This document shows, piece after piece, positions 1-13,300 of a stretch of 64,000 bases of DNA. The first letter of the stretch is position 1; every line of letters begins with the position of its first letter. Location of the stretch: the NCBI GenBank assembly GCA_001949185.1, contig BDGG01000007.1, positions 871,556 to 935,555 on the forward strand, written 5' to 3'. Both the position numbers and the translations under genes were made by a program. The stretch comes from Ramazzottius varieornatus. Taxonomy: Eukaryota; Animalia; Tardigrada. A model generated the notes under the pieces. The model was not told where the DNA came from. It saw nothing but the letters and a program-made list of their open reading frames with translations, and did no database searches.

Positions 1-851
1 GTCACGGTTAACGCGATGGTGCAGTGACGTTCGTCGATAGGATGTAGTTCCACAATGTGTCTGGTCAGTGCCAAATAGGCAATCTGAAAATTCCATTTGA
101 CTGAGTCTTTGAACATGCTTGTGATGATTAATTAGTTCAGGACAAACCTCCTCGTTACCTGGATGAATATCCGCTGTAAGCAGCGTATGACCCACATGTT
201 CCAGTAAGTCGCGACATAGGGGGTGATTGCAAGGATGATCCCCGATAGAGACAGTGTAACACATAGCACAGATTTCCTGCCCAGCTTATCCATGAAAGGT
301 AAAGACAAGGGTTGAAAGGGCCAGATGGCAACACTTGACAATCCAGGGAACGCCGAGCTAAATACATGATTGCAAGTCACGTTGAGCTGCAACGAAGTAA
401 CATTACTGTAAAGCGCAGTATCCGAAACATGGAGGGGGGGGGGGTGTCACTTGAAGCTTACTTTTTGCGAAAGTGTAGGTCCAAAACGACGCGAGATGGG
501 TTTAGCGTCTTCTGTGAGCGCAAAGTCACTGGTGTCTTCCATGTATTCGAAGTGGTCGGAACACGATTGAAGAGTTTTACTTATCTTATAAGAACCGTTA
601 ACTGCATGAAACTTGTACATATCGCAACTTGCGTACATGGATTTATTGTCGGCAGTAACGTCGATTTTTCTTATGAAGTCAGTCCATTTGGCGCCAGGTG
701 GCGTTCGACAGCGATGAAGTGGACTGTATGCAATGGTTATGTTGAGATAAATATGGGCGCAACAAATGGCTAATAAAGGGATGGTTACGGTGTAATACAT
801 AACATGCCAGTTCCCATAACCAGCCGTCTTCAACGCATCGATCAACAACAT
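1..851 (-). CDS. SLC22/organic-cation-transporter-like MFS protein, 5' part (runs off window start)
   Basis: ORF 447-851 has a TM1 ending in SPLHRC and a Cys-containing extracellular loop. Splicing TLSQK|LNVTC (compare TIVTE-FDLVC) joins it to ORF 132-392, which has the MFS motif MDKLGRK and further TM segments. Confidence 0.7.
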
Positions 852-1499
852 ATCGGTCAGGACGATTTAGGGGATCAACCATGCAAAACAATGGCTGATG
901 CCTCAGAATTCGCGACTCCATCTTGCAGATGACGAAGCATTGCTCTGATGTTAGCGTAAGTGCCCGCTCGATTACCGTCTTCCGGGCTCCTGGTAGACCA
1001 TTAACTTTGTTGCTATGCCTGTGACGGTAACTCCGTTCGAATGGATATCAGCATCAGTTCTGAATGAAAAAATTCACCCATCACTGTCTGAATCAAGCCC
1101 GTCAGTGATCTGCACGGTGAAAACCCAAAGCAGCCTCTGGCTCTCGTTTTCAGGGTCGTTGGTCCAATAAAGTGTCCGTCTGGTGCTATTTCTGTCGTAA
1201 GTGGGTCTAGCATGTCTCATAACGTGCAAGACTTCAATGAATCAAAGTCAACTGTTGGAAAACTTACAAAGAAACTGTACCAAGAAGCAAAATTAATTCA
1301 GACGTAAAGTAACTTACAGGAGAACGAGAAAGCAATCAGTCTGACAAGTAACTTTAATTTGTCGAAGCTTAAAATTCTTCGATTTCTTTAATTAAACTAC
1401 GAGACCGATTGTCCTGATAATTCTGAGCGTTTTCATTTGCTCGGGAAAATCCCGGGTTTACTTCTCTCTGTACTGAAGCTGGCAGCCACTGCGGCACAT

Positions 1500-2148
1500 C
1501 CTGCTTGGACTGCGTACACATCCTGCGAATCCAATAAGGCAACGTTCTCCTGGTACAGGCGACTGTTGGACTAGTTTTCGAACTGACGCGATAGCCTACA
1601 GTCGACGTTGCAAACCAGTCGCAAACCAGTCGCAAACCAGCGTGATCTGGTTGAACTGAGAAACAAAATCGTGACATGTTGATGCAATGTGATTTATGCC
1701 CAGTGCTCTGAATGCCAAAGTGGGCATGCAGTTAAGTTCTGCAGCAGAAGAGAGATAGCCTTACGGTCATATTGGGGCATATGTATCCGGTCAGGACGCC
1801 ATTGACGTCACATCGGAAGAAGACCTGACAGTCCCCTTTGACGGTATCAGCGTAAAAGCCGGGCTGGTCGAAAACAACGCACTCCAGTGTGTTCTGTGGG
1901 ATCTCAGAATGAAGCGGGTAGTCCTGACCAGGCACTGCATTGGCTATAATGTTCTGAATGGTCTCCGTATCAAGTGGTGCACTCGCGCGCAGCATGTCCA
2001 GCGCATCCCACACCTTGGGCTGTTGATCCCCGTTCCCCCGCCGAAAGCGGTGGAGAGAACCTGTGGTAACATTAGCCACCAGAATGGTAAGTACGACGAA
2101 AACCTTTGTAGTGATGGAGCAGTTTATTCGCTGAGCGGTGAAAAACAA
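1500..2148 (-). pseudogene. Chitin-binding peritrophin-A (CBM14) protein, probably disabled
   Basis: PGQDYP...C...PGFYAD...CQVFFRC...YICPNMT|FNQITLVCDW is a CBM14 domain. In exon 2 (from 1655) an 11-bp tandem repeat (1610-1640) lies where the closing NVDC falls out of frame, and the NVDC frame has TAG at 1573-1571. No ATG precedes the signal-peptide-like stretch. Confidence 0.65.
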
Positions 2149-3159
2149 CCCTGCAATCGCCTCACTTGTCGTTCTCTTATGGATGAGTGTTAAATCTTGG
2201 CCAAAAGACGACCGAGCCTTCAGCGACCATCAGTTGACCGAAGGTTTCGAACCTAGTTTGCGTGTTGAGACAGTTGAAGTCAGCACATCGTTCGCTAAGT
2301 CGGTGAGAGCTTGCAATTAGGTATGCACAATGAATTAGTTATGGGTTCTGTTGCCCTTGAATTTCATGATACTGAGCGAGCTCTTCGTTTCCTCGCTCAT
2401 TGAGTTAACTCATACAGAGTGCAACTTCGTTGATTGACGCATCAAATTAGCTCGCGTGCATTCAGTTGTGTTGATCCATTTCATTGTTTTGTCTGCAGAG
2501 TGGAAGCAATATATCAGCAAAGGCGCCAGTTTGACACTCCTATGCACCGGAACCTTGAAACGAGATAATATAGAGATTAGGTTACCACTCCCGTTCGCTT
2601 CCCCCTGTAGCCAAGGCTAGCTCTGCCCCTTTTGTAACATGTAACTACAATTTGCTTTCCGGAGTTTCCATTATTTTCGAAAAATAGCGTAATCAGATTT
2701 ACGATAAGCTAGCGTTGTGAAGCATGGTGGCTGCCCAACTATTTAGAATTGTGGTCAGCTGCTCCGCTTATAAGTGATGTTGAGGCCCACTCTAGCTACA
2801 GTCCGACCTTACTCCGGCGGTGCCAACTTAATCTCTGTAATAAAATTATGTTGTTGGCCGACTTTCGACTTCAGCCGACGCTGGTTTCGATGCCTACTTA
2901 AAATATCATTCAGGTATTGCACCCGTTAAATCAGCAGGCAACCAGATTGTTGATTTTGCACTACGACCTCCATGCGGGTTTTCCGCCTGTCTCCGCCCTT
3001 ACATTCTCCGGACTCATGACGATCTCGGGTTTCCAGATGGGGCAGCAGGGGTTAGCCAGGGTTAGCCTGATCAAAGAGAATATTCAGAAAAGTTCAAAAC
3101 CTATACACAACATATATACATCCTGTATTTTACTTAAATTTTATCTACCGATATTTATT

Positions 3160-3285
3160 TACTGTAATGCTTCTTGAATCTCACGCATCTACGTCTCATC
3201 ACGTGTGCACTACATGCGTCATTATACCCGTAAAAATTGCGCGCATTATGACGCCAGTGCGTGAGATCCAAGAAGCATTACAGTA
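3160..3285. mobile_element. MITE-like inverted-repeat element, family B (TACTGTAATGCTTCTT termini)
   Basis: Left arm TACTGTAATGCTTCTTGAATCTCACGCA; right arm TGCGTGAGATCCAAGAAGCATTACAGTA is its reverse complement with 1 mismatch. TA at both ends. A related copy is at 43041-43181. Confidence 0.8.
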
Positions 3286-3923
3286 CCCATACTTACCCAT
3301 AACCTCCCTCCAAAGGCAAGAAATCAAACCCCAAAGTCTCTCTCTCTGAATCGCCGTCGCGTACATAGTATTAGCGGATAAATCGATGGTCTTCGAATGA
3401 CTCGATGATACGCATGTACATCATGAACAGTCCTTTCGCTGTTAGCGGCCGGGGGCACGCCATACATACAGCGGGTATTGCGAGCTGGGCCGCTGGGTAC
3501 CGTATGGGTAATCTGGCTGCCCCCAAATACAACGCCTCGGAAGATGCGATTAGCGGATTTTGATCGCTATCTGCCAGATCTGTACCAGCGTACACTCCCA
3601 CTCACTTCATGGAAGCCTTCCATACCTTTATGGATGCTTTGACCCTCCATGTCAGTTCATGATGCCAAAGCTCATCGCGAAAATAGAACAAGTCATCATA
3701 CAGGTTTGGTTCCACTTTTGGTATGTTTATATTTTTGCTAGCTTCGCAAAAGAACAAATTACAAGCTCCACATAATCACAAAGAGATTCTTCCGGCAACG
3801 GCTAAAGTTGAAACAAAAGGTAGCAGATCGTTGGTTAGAACTGCATGGAGTGACACCGCTCACCTTAACGTTTCCTCCCGACTTTGTCGACTTTGCTGGT
3901 AGATGCCGACTTTCTGAGTTGAG

Positions 3924-4625
3924 TCACTTGAACGTCATATCAGCTAGTCCCAAGAACATATCCTCATCCACCCAGATTGCTTCGTCTTCCGTCTCTCCTT
4001 GCCACTTGACCAAAAATTGTCGCTTCGTTCGAACATCTAAGATTCTTCCAATTTCAGACTTGTCATCGATCCCGTCCGTTTCACACTCCTCTCCATGCTT
4101 TGAATACTCCGCAAAATTGGCCGACTCCGGTTCGGACAATAGCTCGACAGGATCTGATGACCCGATGGCCTTCCTGGACGACTTCTTGGTCGCGGTTTTG
4201 ATGGCCATGCTGCGATCCACAACCTGGTTGACAGCCGCGAGTTTTTCAGGCCGGAAACCGGCATTAATCAGATAATTCTTCAGGGTTTGCTCACTGTAGC
4301 TGTAGAGCTTGGCAGCTGCTTTGGTAGTCATACCCTTCCTTACAACCGCATCGACCGCATTCTGAGCTTCTAATGCAATTTTCAGGAGGGGTTCCGATCT
4401 ACAACAAACAAAGTTTTATAGCACGGCTACGCACGACCCGGATCTGAGCCATATTAGATTAGGTAGTTTGCCATGCAGTCTCAAGCGCACTATCCGTTAC
4501 CGTTTTCGCTTCGGAATGCATTGGACAACGGTAGAATTGTTTCGAAGTTTCATTCGCAAGGCGCGTCCCGGACCAGCGTCTCGAACACCGACCTCATCTT
4601 CCTCGGGAGGGTTAATGTTGGCCAT
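3924..4625 (-). CDS. Small nuclear protein: pipsqueak/CENP-B-type HTH plus C-terminal chromodomain (2 exons, 4625-4501 and 4398-3924, about 199 aa)
   Basis: ATG at 4625 and a phase-2 GT-AG intron (4500-4399) join in frame to ORF 3924-4331. Contains a PKRKR NLS-like motif, psq-like NAVDAVVRKGMTTKAAAKLYSYSEQTLKNYL and chromodomain-like EIGRILDVRTKRQFLVKWQGETEDEAIWVDED. Confidence 0.65.
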
Positions 4626-6186
4626 GAAAGCTAGTGGATAAATAACAGACTGTAGGCGCAACTGCTCACGTCGATGTAACTAGAGAGGTTGACACGGAAC
4701 TCGAACAGCGCAAGAAATCCGAGTAGCGTAAGACTTTGACCCCTCCCATTCCTTACTCTAATCGGCTGAGGTTGAGACCCGCTACGCGATCCAGCCGATT
4801 AGCGTGACTTCTCCGGAAGGTTTTGCAAAACCTCGATCAGTTTTCGTATTAATGACTGTTTGGTAAGATGCGATGTCAAATCAGACAAAGTTTCCAGTTC
4901 TGATACAGCAACGGAAAGAGTGATGTCCAGTTCCGACTGCTTAAAGCTCAAGTGAATCTTGATACGAAAAGCAGCAGTTAAAGGCAAAGTAAAATGCAGA
5001 AAGTGGCAAAGCCAAAGTTAGAGACACAGTTCTTATTGTGGCGAAAGTCACAGTTGAAGTTGCAGTCTCATCGAAGTTTCGAAACCGCAGTTACACCCAC
5101 AGTCAAACTGAGATTTTCGTTGTTTTCTAGGTTGACAAAGTCACAGTCAAGCAAGCAGTCGTTGCTACAGTTTGACGACTAATTAATAACCGACGTTAAA
5201 CCCTGAAAGATGCAGTAAGAGGGGCAATTTGCACCTCGGTGGAACGTCTTGAAAGCAAATCTGAGGTTCTGAGAAACTTTTGGGAAGAAATACCCACAGA
5301 AAAGCTCAGTTGGACCGTTACTCGGATTTCTTACGCACTCGAGTAACGGCCCGTATGCCTTACTCGGGAATTAAGCACCGAGCACATTAGTAGGTTCAGT
5401 CGCTTCGGCTCCGCCCACGTGCTCCCTTTCAATTGGCTCATTCCTACGCTAATCCGATTTCTTGCTCTGCTCGAGCGCCATATCAACCTCTGGAATGTGC
5501 TGTAAAACGAGCGAAAATCAGAAAAGCGCCCCTGCTGTAGAAATCTCTCTGCTAGAGGGGATTTTACCACGTGATACCTCATTTTTTTTCCTACTGCTCG
5601 TATTCGTAAACCGTCCCCGTGGGTCGGAGGGCTTCGCCCTACGATCACCCGGGGCAGATTTCCCGTACTTACAGGTACTGATGTGCACCGCTTCGTATCG
5701 CACACTGCTTCGTGTCCCTGATGTCCGTTCGAGGTGCAAGGCGCAGTATTCATATGGCTGTGTATCAATGTTCCCCGAGCTACTTTGCGACAGACATGAT
5801 TCAGAACTTCAGTTCTTGTGGACGTAAGCCCAAAACAGATACGGATCAGAATTAAGAAACGATCAACGGCTGCTCCAACGCGCATTTGACCATGATGTTT
5901 AGAGAGCAAATTCAGTTCCCGCTACTCCAGGTAAGACAGTATTAGTCGGCAACCAGGTAACATCAGGCAGACGAGAGCGTTCACCCCAAACATGCAGAGG
6001 TACGAAAGTAGTCGGCACGAAAAGTAGACACAAGTGAAAAGGAACTGAGTTTTCGATTCCAACACCGCTCCGTCACCTAAAATGAGCACCCGCACCGTAA
6101 AATCCCGATAGCGGACACTCGTACTCAATGGACGGATCCGCTGGCAGCCAGTACGTCCTTGCCCGCCACTTCTAGATTTGTAACGT

Positions 6187-6296
6187 TAGCAAATGATTCC
6201 ACCCAGATTTGCTATCCGAAGTGGCGCGCGTTCTCAGTCTCATTGGCTTGGAGCGTGCGTTGCTTTGGATTACGATCTGGCTAAATTCATTTACCC
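6187..6296. mobile_element. Hairpin MITE-like element, family A (degenerate copy)
   Basis: Outer arms GCAAATGATTCCACCCAGAT ... ATCTGGCTAAATTCATTTAC enclose AAGTGGCGCGCG ... GCGTGCGTTGCTT, matching the copies at 15.9, 18.5, 25.8 and 37.2 kb. Confidence 0.55.
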
Positions 6297-6386
6297 ACAT
6301 CTCATTTAATAAACACAAAACAGTAGGTTCAGCTGGTTTGCGAGGAAGTACACTAAGCGCTGAGGTAACTATAGGTAAAGGTCATG

Positions 6387-6832
6387 TTATTTGGTTGATA
6401 GTTTATTCAGTTCCAGGAAAATATCCTCGTCCACCCAAGTCGCTTCCTCTTCCGTTTCTCCTTGCCATTTAATCAAGTATTGTCGCTTTGTGCGAACATC
6501 CACAATTCTCTCGATCTCTGGGGTCGATTCTTCCACTGCGGCGTTCGGCTGTCCGGACGATGTTTCTGTGGTTGATTCCACAGTCGGTTCTTCGGGTTCG
6601 CCATCAGTCCACTCTTTCTCGGAGTTGACTTCCTCATTTCGGTTTGCCGTAGCTAATTTAGCAGTTGATTGTACCAACCTTGAGCACTATTGCAATTAAT
6701 GCATCCGCTCTGATACCATGGATCGAAACAGCTGACAGGAACAGCAACGACTTACAAGTTTCGTTCCTTGAGAGTTTTTGACACACTCCTGCAGCTCACA
6801 TTACGCACCTTAGCTGCAGCTTTGATAGTCAT
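6387..6832 (-). CDS. Paralog of the HTH-chromodomain gene (possibly degenerate)
   Basis: EIERIVDVRTKRQYLIKWQGETEEEATWVDEDIFL is close to the 3924 copy, and upstream MTIKAAAK (ATG 6832) matches MTTKAAAK. The splice junction linking the two parts is uncertain. Confidence 0.55.
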
Positions 6833-7332
6833 ATTGTTCTGCGTCGTGCAGCCACTAGTCGCCCTAGATTGCCCACAGTTCAGCAGAATAATTCCCCGCG
6901 CCAAAAGAAGACGGAATTCAGTACTCGTAGCCCTACTCTATTGTTCCTCCATAAGAGAGAGATGCATTGAGAGAATGCATTCATCGGCTGGAAAACACTC
7001 GTCAAGGGGTGGACACTGGACAACAGCTTTCGTGTACAAAGCAAATTCTGCTGGAACCGAGACCAAGTTGACCAAATTTTGGTTCAGACAAGACTGAGAA
7101 AACTATGTATCTTGTTTCGTTTGACGTACAAAATGTAAGACAAGATTGCGAAACCATTGAATAAAACATATAATAAAATATAGCCAATAAATTACACATT
7201 AGGACAATCTGCAGGAAATGCTTGACTTGAGGTTTACAAAACAATTTCTTTCACGACAGACTGCGCGAATCAAATCACATTTCATCAAAGGACGGCGAGG
7301 CCTGAATCAAAGACTCAAAGCTCAACATCTTC

Positions 7333-10300
7333 TCACAATCTGGCCGAATTCTCTTCACTCCCATGATGCGAACTTCTCAGCGGGTGATCCAAAGCCGGCT
7401 CGATGGGCACAATCTCCCTCATCTGAGGCCTTGGGCCTTTCGTCACGTAATCGTACTGTGGAACAGGCTGCACCTTCAGCTGGTTCTTGCCTTTCTTGTC
7501 AAACGTCCCTTTGACCTTCTTCTCGTTGGCTTCGTTCTCTTTGATGAAGGCCGTGTTGGAGTATCCACTCATCTCCCAGCTATCCTCGTTGTCTTCGTAG
7601 TACGGGACGTAAGCGTGTGATCGAACTGTGGCAGTTGAGCTGGGTGGTGGGTAATCTACGGTGTAGAGAGCCAGTGAACTGTCGCGTGGAAGAGTGTTGA
7701 GCGTCGTCAAGGTTTTGACGGGCACCGCCGGAGCAGAACCGTGGTTGCGCACTCGGACGCATATCATCCAGATGAGAAGGATGAGCAGTATGAGGAAGAG
7801 GACTGTGCCAGCGATGCCCCCTGCAACAACAACATTCGATAACTTTGAAAGGCAATTGAGTGCGTCGGTTGATGCCTTACCGGCAATGTAGGCTGTTTCC
7901 GATTTGGATTGGCACCGTTCGCCGTAGAAGGAGGAGAGGCACTCGCAGAAGGGGTTGCCACGAGCGTCTTTGGAGCACTTGCCTTGGTTGAAGCAGTAGC
8001 CGACGCACATGTCTTCGCACTGCTCCATACCGTCACCCCGGAAGCCGCTCTTACACAGGCACTTGAAGCCATCGCCATTCTTCAGGCACTGGGCGTTTTG
8101 ATGGCAGACAATCTCGCCATTCTTGCACTTGTTAGTCGATACACACCTGCAAGGACAAGTCCACCTTTTTGTCCAGTCAAAAAATTACTGTCTATTCACT
8201 TGTCCCAAACAACGAACGATCGGTAGAATAATTTGAAATCAGTCAATTTATTTTTCAAGAACTTGTGTATCTTATACCTACACCAATGAACTCAGCCAAA
8301 CACCTTTATACAATTTTCTGTATCGCGATACAGTCAGCGAAATGCTGAAAATTTCACACAGGCCAGATAATATACAGGCTTCGCCCGACAAGATATTTTA
8401 GACTTACTGGTCGAGACTGAGAGCTCCATAGCGAACGGTCGTCATATCATCCGGACAAGGAATGCAGTTCTTCTGTTCGGCGTTCGGTTGATAGAACCCG
8501 AACGGGCAAATGACGCAGACATTACCACCCTCGTCGAAGAACGACCCGGCCGCGCACGACGGAACGCTGCACTCCGTGGCCGCCATACTCCGGTTCCCCA
8601 TGGTCGTGAAGCCCTTCGGACAAGGGAGGCAGCTTGGACCCATCCCTCGTGACCTATCAAGAAAACTGATCGTTGAACGAACTGTTAGCTAACTATTAGC
8701 TCTAGAGGAGAAACCGTACCTGTAATTTCCTCGTTGGCACGTTCGGCAGACAAACTGCGGCATCAGTTCCTCCCCATCGTCACAGTCGGCAATACAGCTG
8801 CTCGGACTGAGCGACGTCTCATTTGTGGTAGTCATGTGTGGTGGACAGTGCAGACATTCGAACTGCCCTGCCAGCGGTTGATACAGCCCGAATCCGCACG
8901 GACGACATTTGGACTTGGACAGGTCAAAGTAGTTTCCAGCGGAGCAGACTTCCTTGCAGTCGGAAGGGGAAGTCGAACCGGTCGTTAGCGTGATGGCATG
9001 CTTCTTGTTGACTGCAGAGCAGATCTTGCAACTGGACTGAGCGCTTCCTTCCTGATAGTAACCTGCAAAGTCCGCATTAGGGTCAGAATGTACACTTCAG
9101 ATAGAAAACCTGGTACTGTGACATTGCTCATACGGTGGTGGTCACTTGGTTTCTATCGGGATGTCTCATATTTTCAAGTTTGAGTTGGCCTACTTCGTGA
9201 AAATTGGAATAATCACGTTTCGAAATTTGATTGGTACCTTGAGGACATCGTTGACAGGCCACGCCGTTATGGAACGTCCCAGCCGGACAAGGAGCACATC
9301 CGCGGTCTTTCAGGACGTTTCCACTGGGGCAGACGAAGCTCTCCCCAACCTTGATATCGCTGTGCTTCGCAATTGCATTCGGTAACTGCGTGTCGAAGTT
9401 CAAACCTTTGCTGACGTAGGCGAAGGTATCCAGAATATTCTTTACACTGGCTTCCTGCTTGGTGGCGGCGTTCCTCACTGGATCGTTCACAGCGGGGAAA
9501 GTCAGGTTGAAGATGACGCCAAACGGCTCGACAGCCTGTCTTCTCCTTCTGGCGTTCGCTTGATTGTTTGAATTGTTGAATGTCATTTGTAAAGGCATTG
9601 GAGTCGTCGTACCGAACTGAGCGGAATCTGATGCTGCAATGGTGATTTCAGCTGTTGTTTCGGTCACTAGTGGTTGCTTAAGCGATGGACTGGACTCCGA
9701 GGAAGACGTCAGGCATCTGGACACGATGTTCAGCCCCGGACAATTTGTCGCCAAGCATGTCAACCAGTCCAACTGCAACTCCAGGAATTTCCTCTGAATG
9801 GCGCTACTCAAGAACTGTCTCGTCTGGTCATTACAGGCGATGTTGGGGTACGATGCAGACAGACTGAACATTCTCTGCGGCTGAACCACGGCTACACACG
9901 CAGGTACCTTCATCAGCGTCGAGTTGAAGGAAGGGTGCCACAGTCCGTCCGCTTCACATGTATACACTCTGGGCGCGTCTTCGGCAAAGTCGTACATGGG
10001 GTTACAGCTAGCCAAACACCGTCGGTACAGGTTGTCCGGACCGTAGTCGGAACAGTCCAACGTACCGCTGACGGGCGGCTCCAGATCGCCACAAGGCTGA
10101 CCATGGACGTACAAGTCAAAGTGACACATTACGCCACCAGCTTGTACAATCGATACTGGGTACCGACCGGGTGACAGGGGACGACCGTTGGGGACATTGG
10201 TCATCAACGAGCCGGAAGACTCACTCAACAACCGTTTACCCCAGGTGACGTTGGCGTAGCCCTGTACAGCCAAGTATTGCTTACTGATTGGGCACTTCAA

Positions 10301-13300
10301 CGGACTGGTCGCAGCGTCGTCATCCGTGCGTGCTCGAGCGTCGTCCATTGGTCGTTGACATTTGGAAGGCCGGACAAAATCCACTTTGGCGTTGTGGGAC
10401 ATGTCAACATCGATGAGTTGGTAAATCAGTCCGTCTTGGAGGTTGGCTCCGCAGGACTGAAGTTTGGGTATGTCTTCGGTGAAAGACAGTGGTCGGTTCC
10501 ATGCTCGAACTTGTGAGATCAGACCGTAGAATGGACCGATGCTGATCGAGCCGTACATCGGCAGGGACTTGACCATGGTGGGCGTTAATCCGCTGTCGAC
10601 TCGGATGGAATCAAGCGTGACCATCCAGGCGCCGTCCTCCAGCTGCCAGGTGAAGACGACGGAATGCCAAGCACCGTCGTTGACACGGATATTCTGTGGT
10701 GTGAAAGGCACCTGGACTTTGGTCGATGCCAGTATGAGGACAGCGCCTTGTTCGTTGACTTGGATGGCTTCACTTCCGCTCCGACGAACGGTCTCGGCAT
10801 CATTGGAGACAGAGAGGGTGAGGATGGTGGCGGTGTCGTTGGGTCGGCTAAACTTGACCCAGATGTTGATGGACAGGGCAGAGGTATTAAGTATGAAGGG
10901 TGTGAGGGAGGAGATTCGGGTGGACTTGGCTTGGTCGTACAGGAACCAGTCAAAATCGGTATCGGCCGCCTTCTGGCAGGTCGAGCCCGTCAAGTGCAGC
11001 GGACAGGAGCAGACGGGACCGGAGGAGGAGACGAAGCACCCGAAGTTGGCAGCGGGGCAGGTATCGGGTCGACATGACTCCACTGGACTGTCACACGTTT
11101 CCCCTGCAAGACGAAAATCAATGGGTCAAATGCTTCGAACTTGATAACCATTCTTTGTTGGAGAATTTCTGAAGTAAACGCCACCAAATCAGTTATCTCG
11201 TCAAGTTGAAATTCATTCTCACGATCAAACCACAGTTTCCGCAGATGGCATGGATTTGACATGAAGGGAGTTCGGGTGACTGTTTTCTACCTTTAGTTCA
11301 CCCGAAACTTCAGACGGAATTGAGTTTGGTGTTCATCGCAAAGACTCTCACCGGTGAAGCCTTCTTTACACGTGCATTTGAATCCATTCTGCAACACTTC
11401 GCATTCTGCGCCATTCTTGCACATGCCCGCCAAGCAGGGATCGACTTCGTAAACACAGCCCGGCCCGAAAAAGTCCTCAGTGCATTGACAGACGTCCTTC
11501 ACACCTTCCGTCGAGTTCGGCTGCAGACACTGTCCGCCATTCAAGCAGGGATTCCCGAAACACCTACAAATGAGCCAACCCTCACTTAAATCATCACAAT
11601 ACTTCAGTCGACGGGTAGTGATATCGGGAAACAAACCTACATATCGAACATCTGATTGCAGGTTGGTCCATGATAGCCATCGCGACACTGACAGAAGAAG
11701 GTTGAGCTGTTGCCATTCCAGACATCGAAGCATACTCCGCCATTCAGACAAGGACTGTTGGCACATGCCGACCTCTTCTGTTCACACCGTCGACCTTCCC
11801 ATCCGGTAAGACAAGTGCAGCTGGCTGTACCGTTCTCCATGTCATGACATGTTCCGTCGTTCAGACAAGTGTCCTTCTGACAATCCGCCTCGACTTTATC
11901 ACAAGTGTCGCCCTTGAAGCCGGCCTTGCACTGGCACGTGTAGCCGTTGACCAAGTCGATGCAGTGATCCGTGTTGTTGAGGTTGCAGGGAGAGGGTTCG
12001 CAGTCGTTGATGTTAATCTGACATTGCGTCCCATTGGTTCCTTCCGGACACGAGCATCTAGAAACAGTCAAGCGGTTGACATGTCACATCCAGAATTGCA
12101 CAGTAGTTTTTAGCAGCTGAGCTGACTCCATTTCTTTGGCTTTACCTGAAAGTGTCGACTTCGTTGGTGCAGTTGCCACCATTCTGGCATGGTGTACTGA
12201 GGCAGTGGTCGACACGATGCTGACACGTCGAGCCGACAAAGCCATCGGGACAATGACACTGGAAGGTGTCCAACTTGTTAACGCAAGTCCCCTTGTTCAA
12301 GCAGGGTAGACCGGCGCAGTTATCCACCATCTCCGCACACTCCGGACCTTTAAAAAGAAACCAATCGTTTGACTCTGTACGCCTTGAAACCGATCGCGAA
12401 TTTGTAAATTTCACTTCGAAAATGGGCTCACTGACCATACGGGCAACTGCGTTTGTTACACACACAATACAGTACACCACAATCATGTCGTTTACTGGAG
12501 TGGTTTACGACGGAGAAAGAGCACACATAATTCAGGCCGAGTTGGTCTTGTTCTGTTAGACTGTGTACGAATTGTTTGCCCACTTACCTAACCAGCCGGT
12601 GTTACAAATGCATCTTGCCACCGTGCTTTCCAAGTCGGCAAAGCAGAAGCCATTCTTGCAGTCGACGTCGGCGCACAAGTCGGCCATGTTCTCACAGTAG
12701 GTCCCCGAAAAGGGTTGAGCGCAGTCACAGCGGAAGTCATGGACCAAGTCCGTACACGTTCCACCATTGGCACATGGGTTGTCGCTGCAGTCGTCAATGT
12801 TGCTCTCGCAGTAGGTCCCGTTGAAGCCGGGTGGACAGCGACAGAAGAAACGGTCCATCTGTAGCCGCTCGCACTGGCCACCGTTCATGCAGACACCGGT
12901 AGCGCAAGGGTTGACTGTCTCGTTGCAGTACGGACCGGCAAAACCTTTCCGACAGAGGCATTGGTATGACTGGTCGGTCGTCCCGCGGTTCTGGCACATG
13001 CCGTGGTTGGGACAGCTGATGGAGGCGCAGTCCTTCGGCTCGATCTCACACCGAAGGCCTGCGCACAAAAATATGAATTCAAGTAAGACGCAATGAGAAA
13101 AGACTAGCAAGAGTCGATCACTTCCACATTAAATCAATGATCATTCACGAATATTGTCATCGATTGCATCGCGACATTTTTTCCAATGAATTGTCGACTC
13201 TCAGGGCACTTGTGCATTTTCTACAATCTCAGTTGGCAGTCACGCAGTCAAGCCAAAAGAAGTTAGGAAGGTTGCACTTTGATGTGCAATTATCTAGTGG

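Noticed and set aside
5462-5909. Cys/His pattern (RCKAQYSYGCV...LCDRH) resembling half a PHD finger, and the 192-aa antisense ORF
   Set aside because: Incomplete ligand set and no convincing gene model; at most a decayed remnant.
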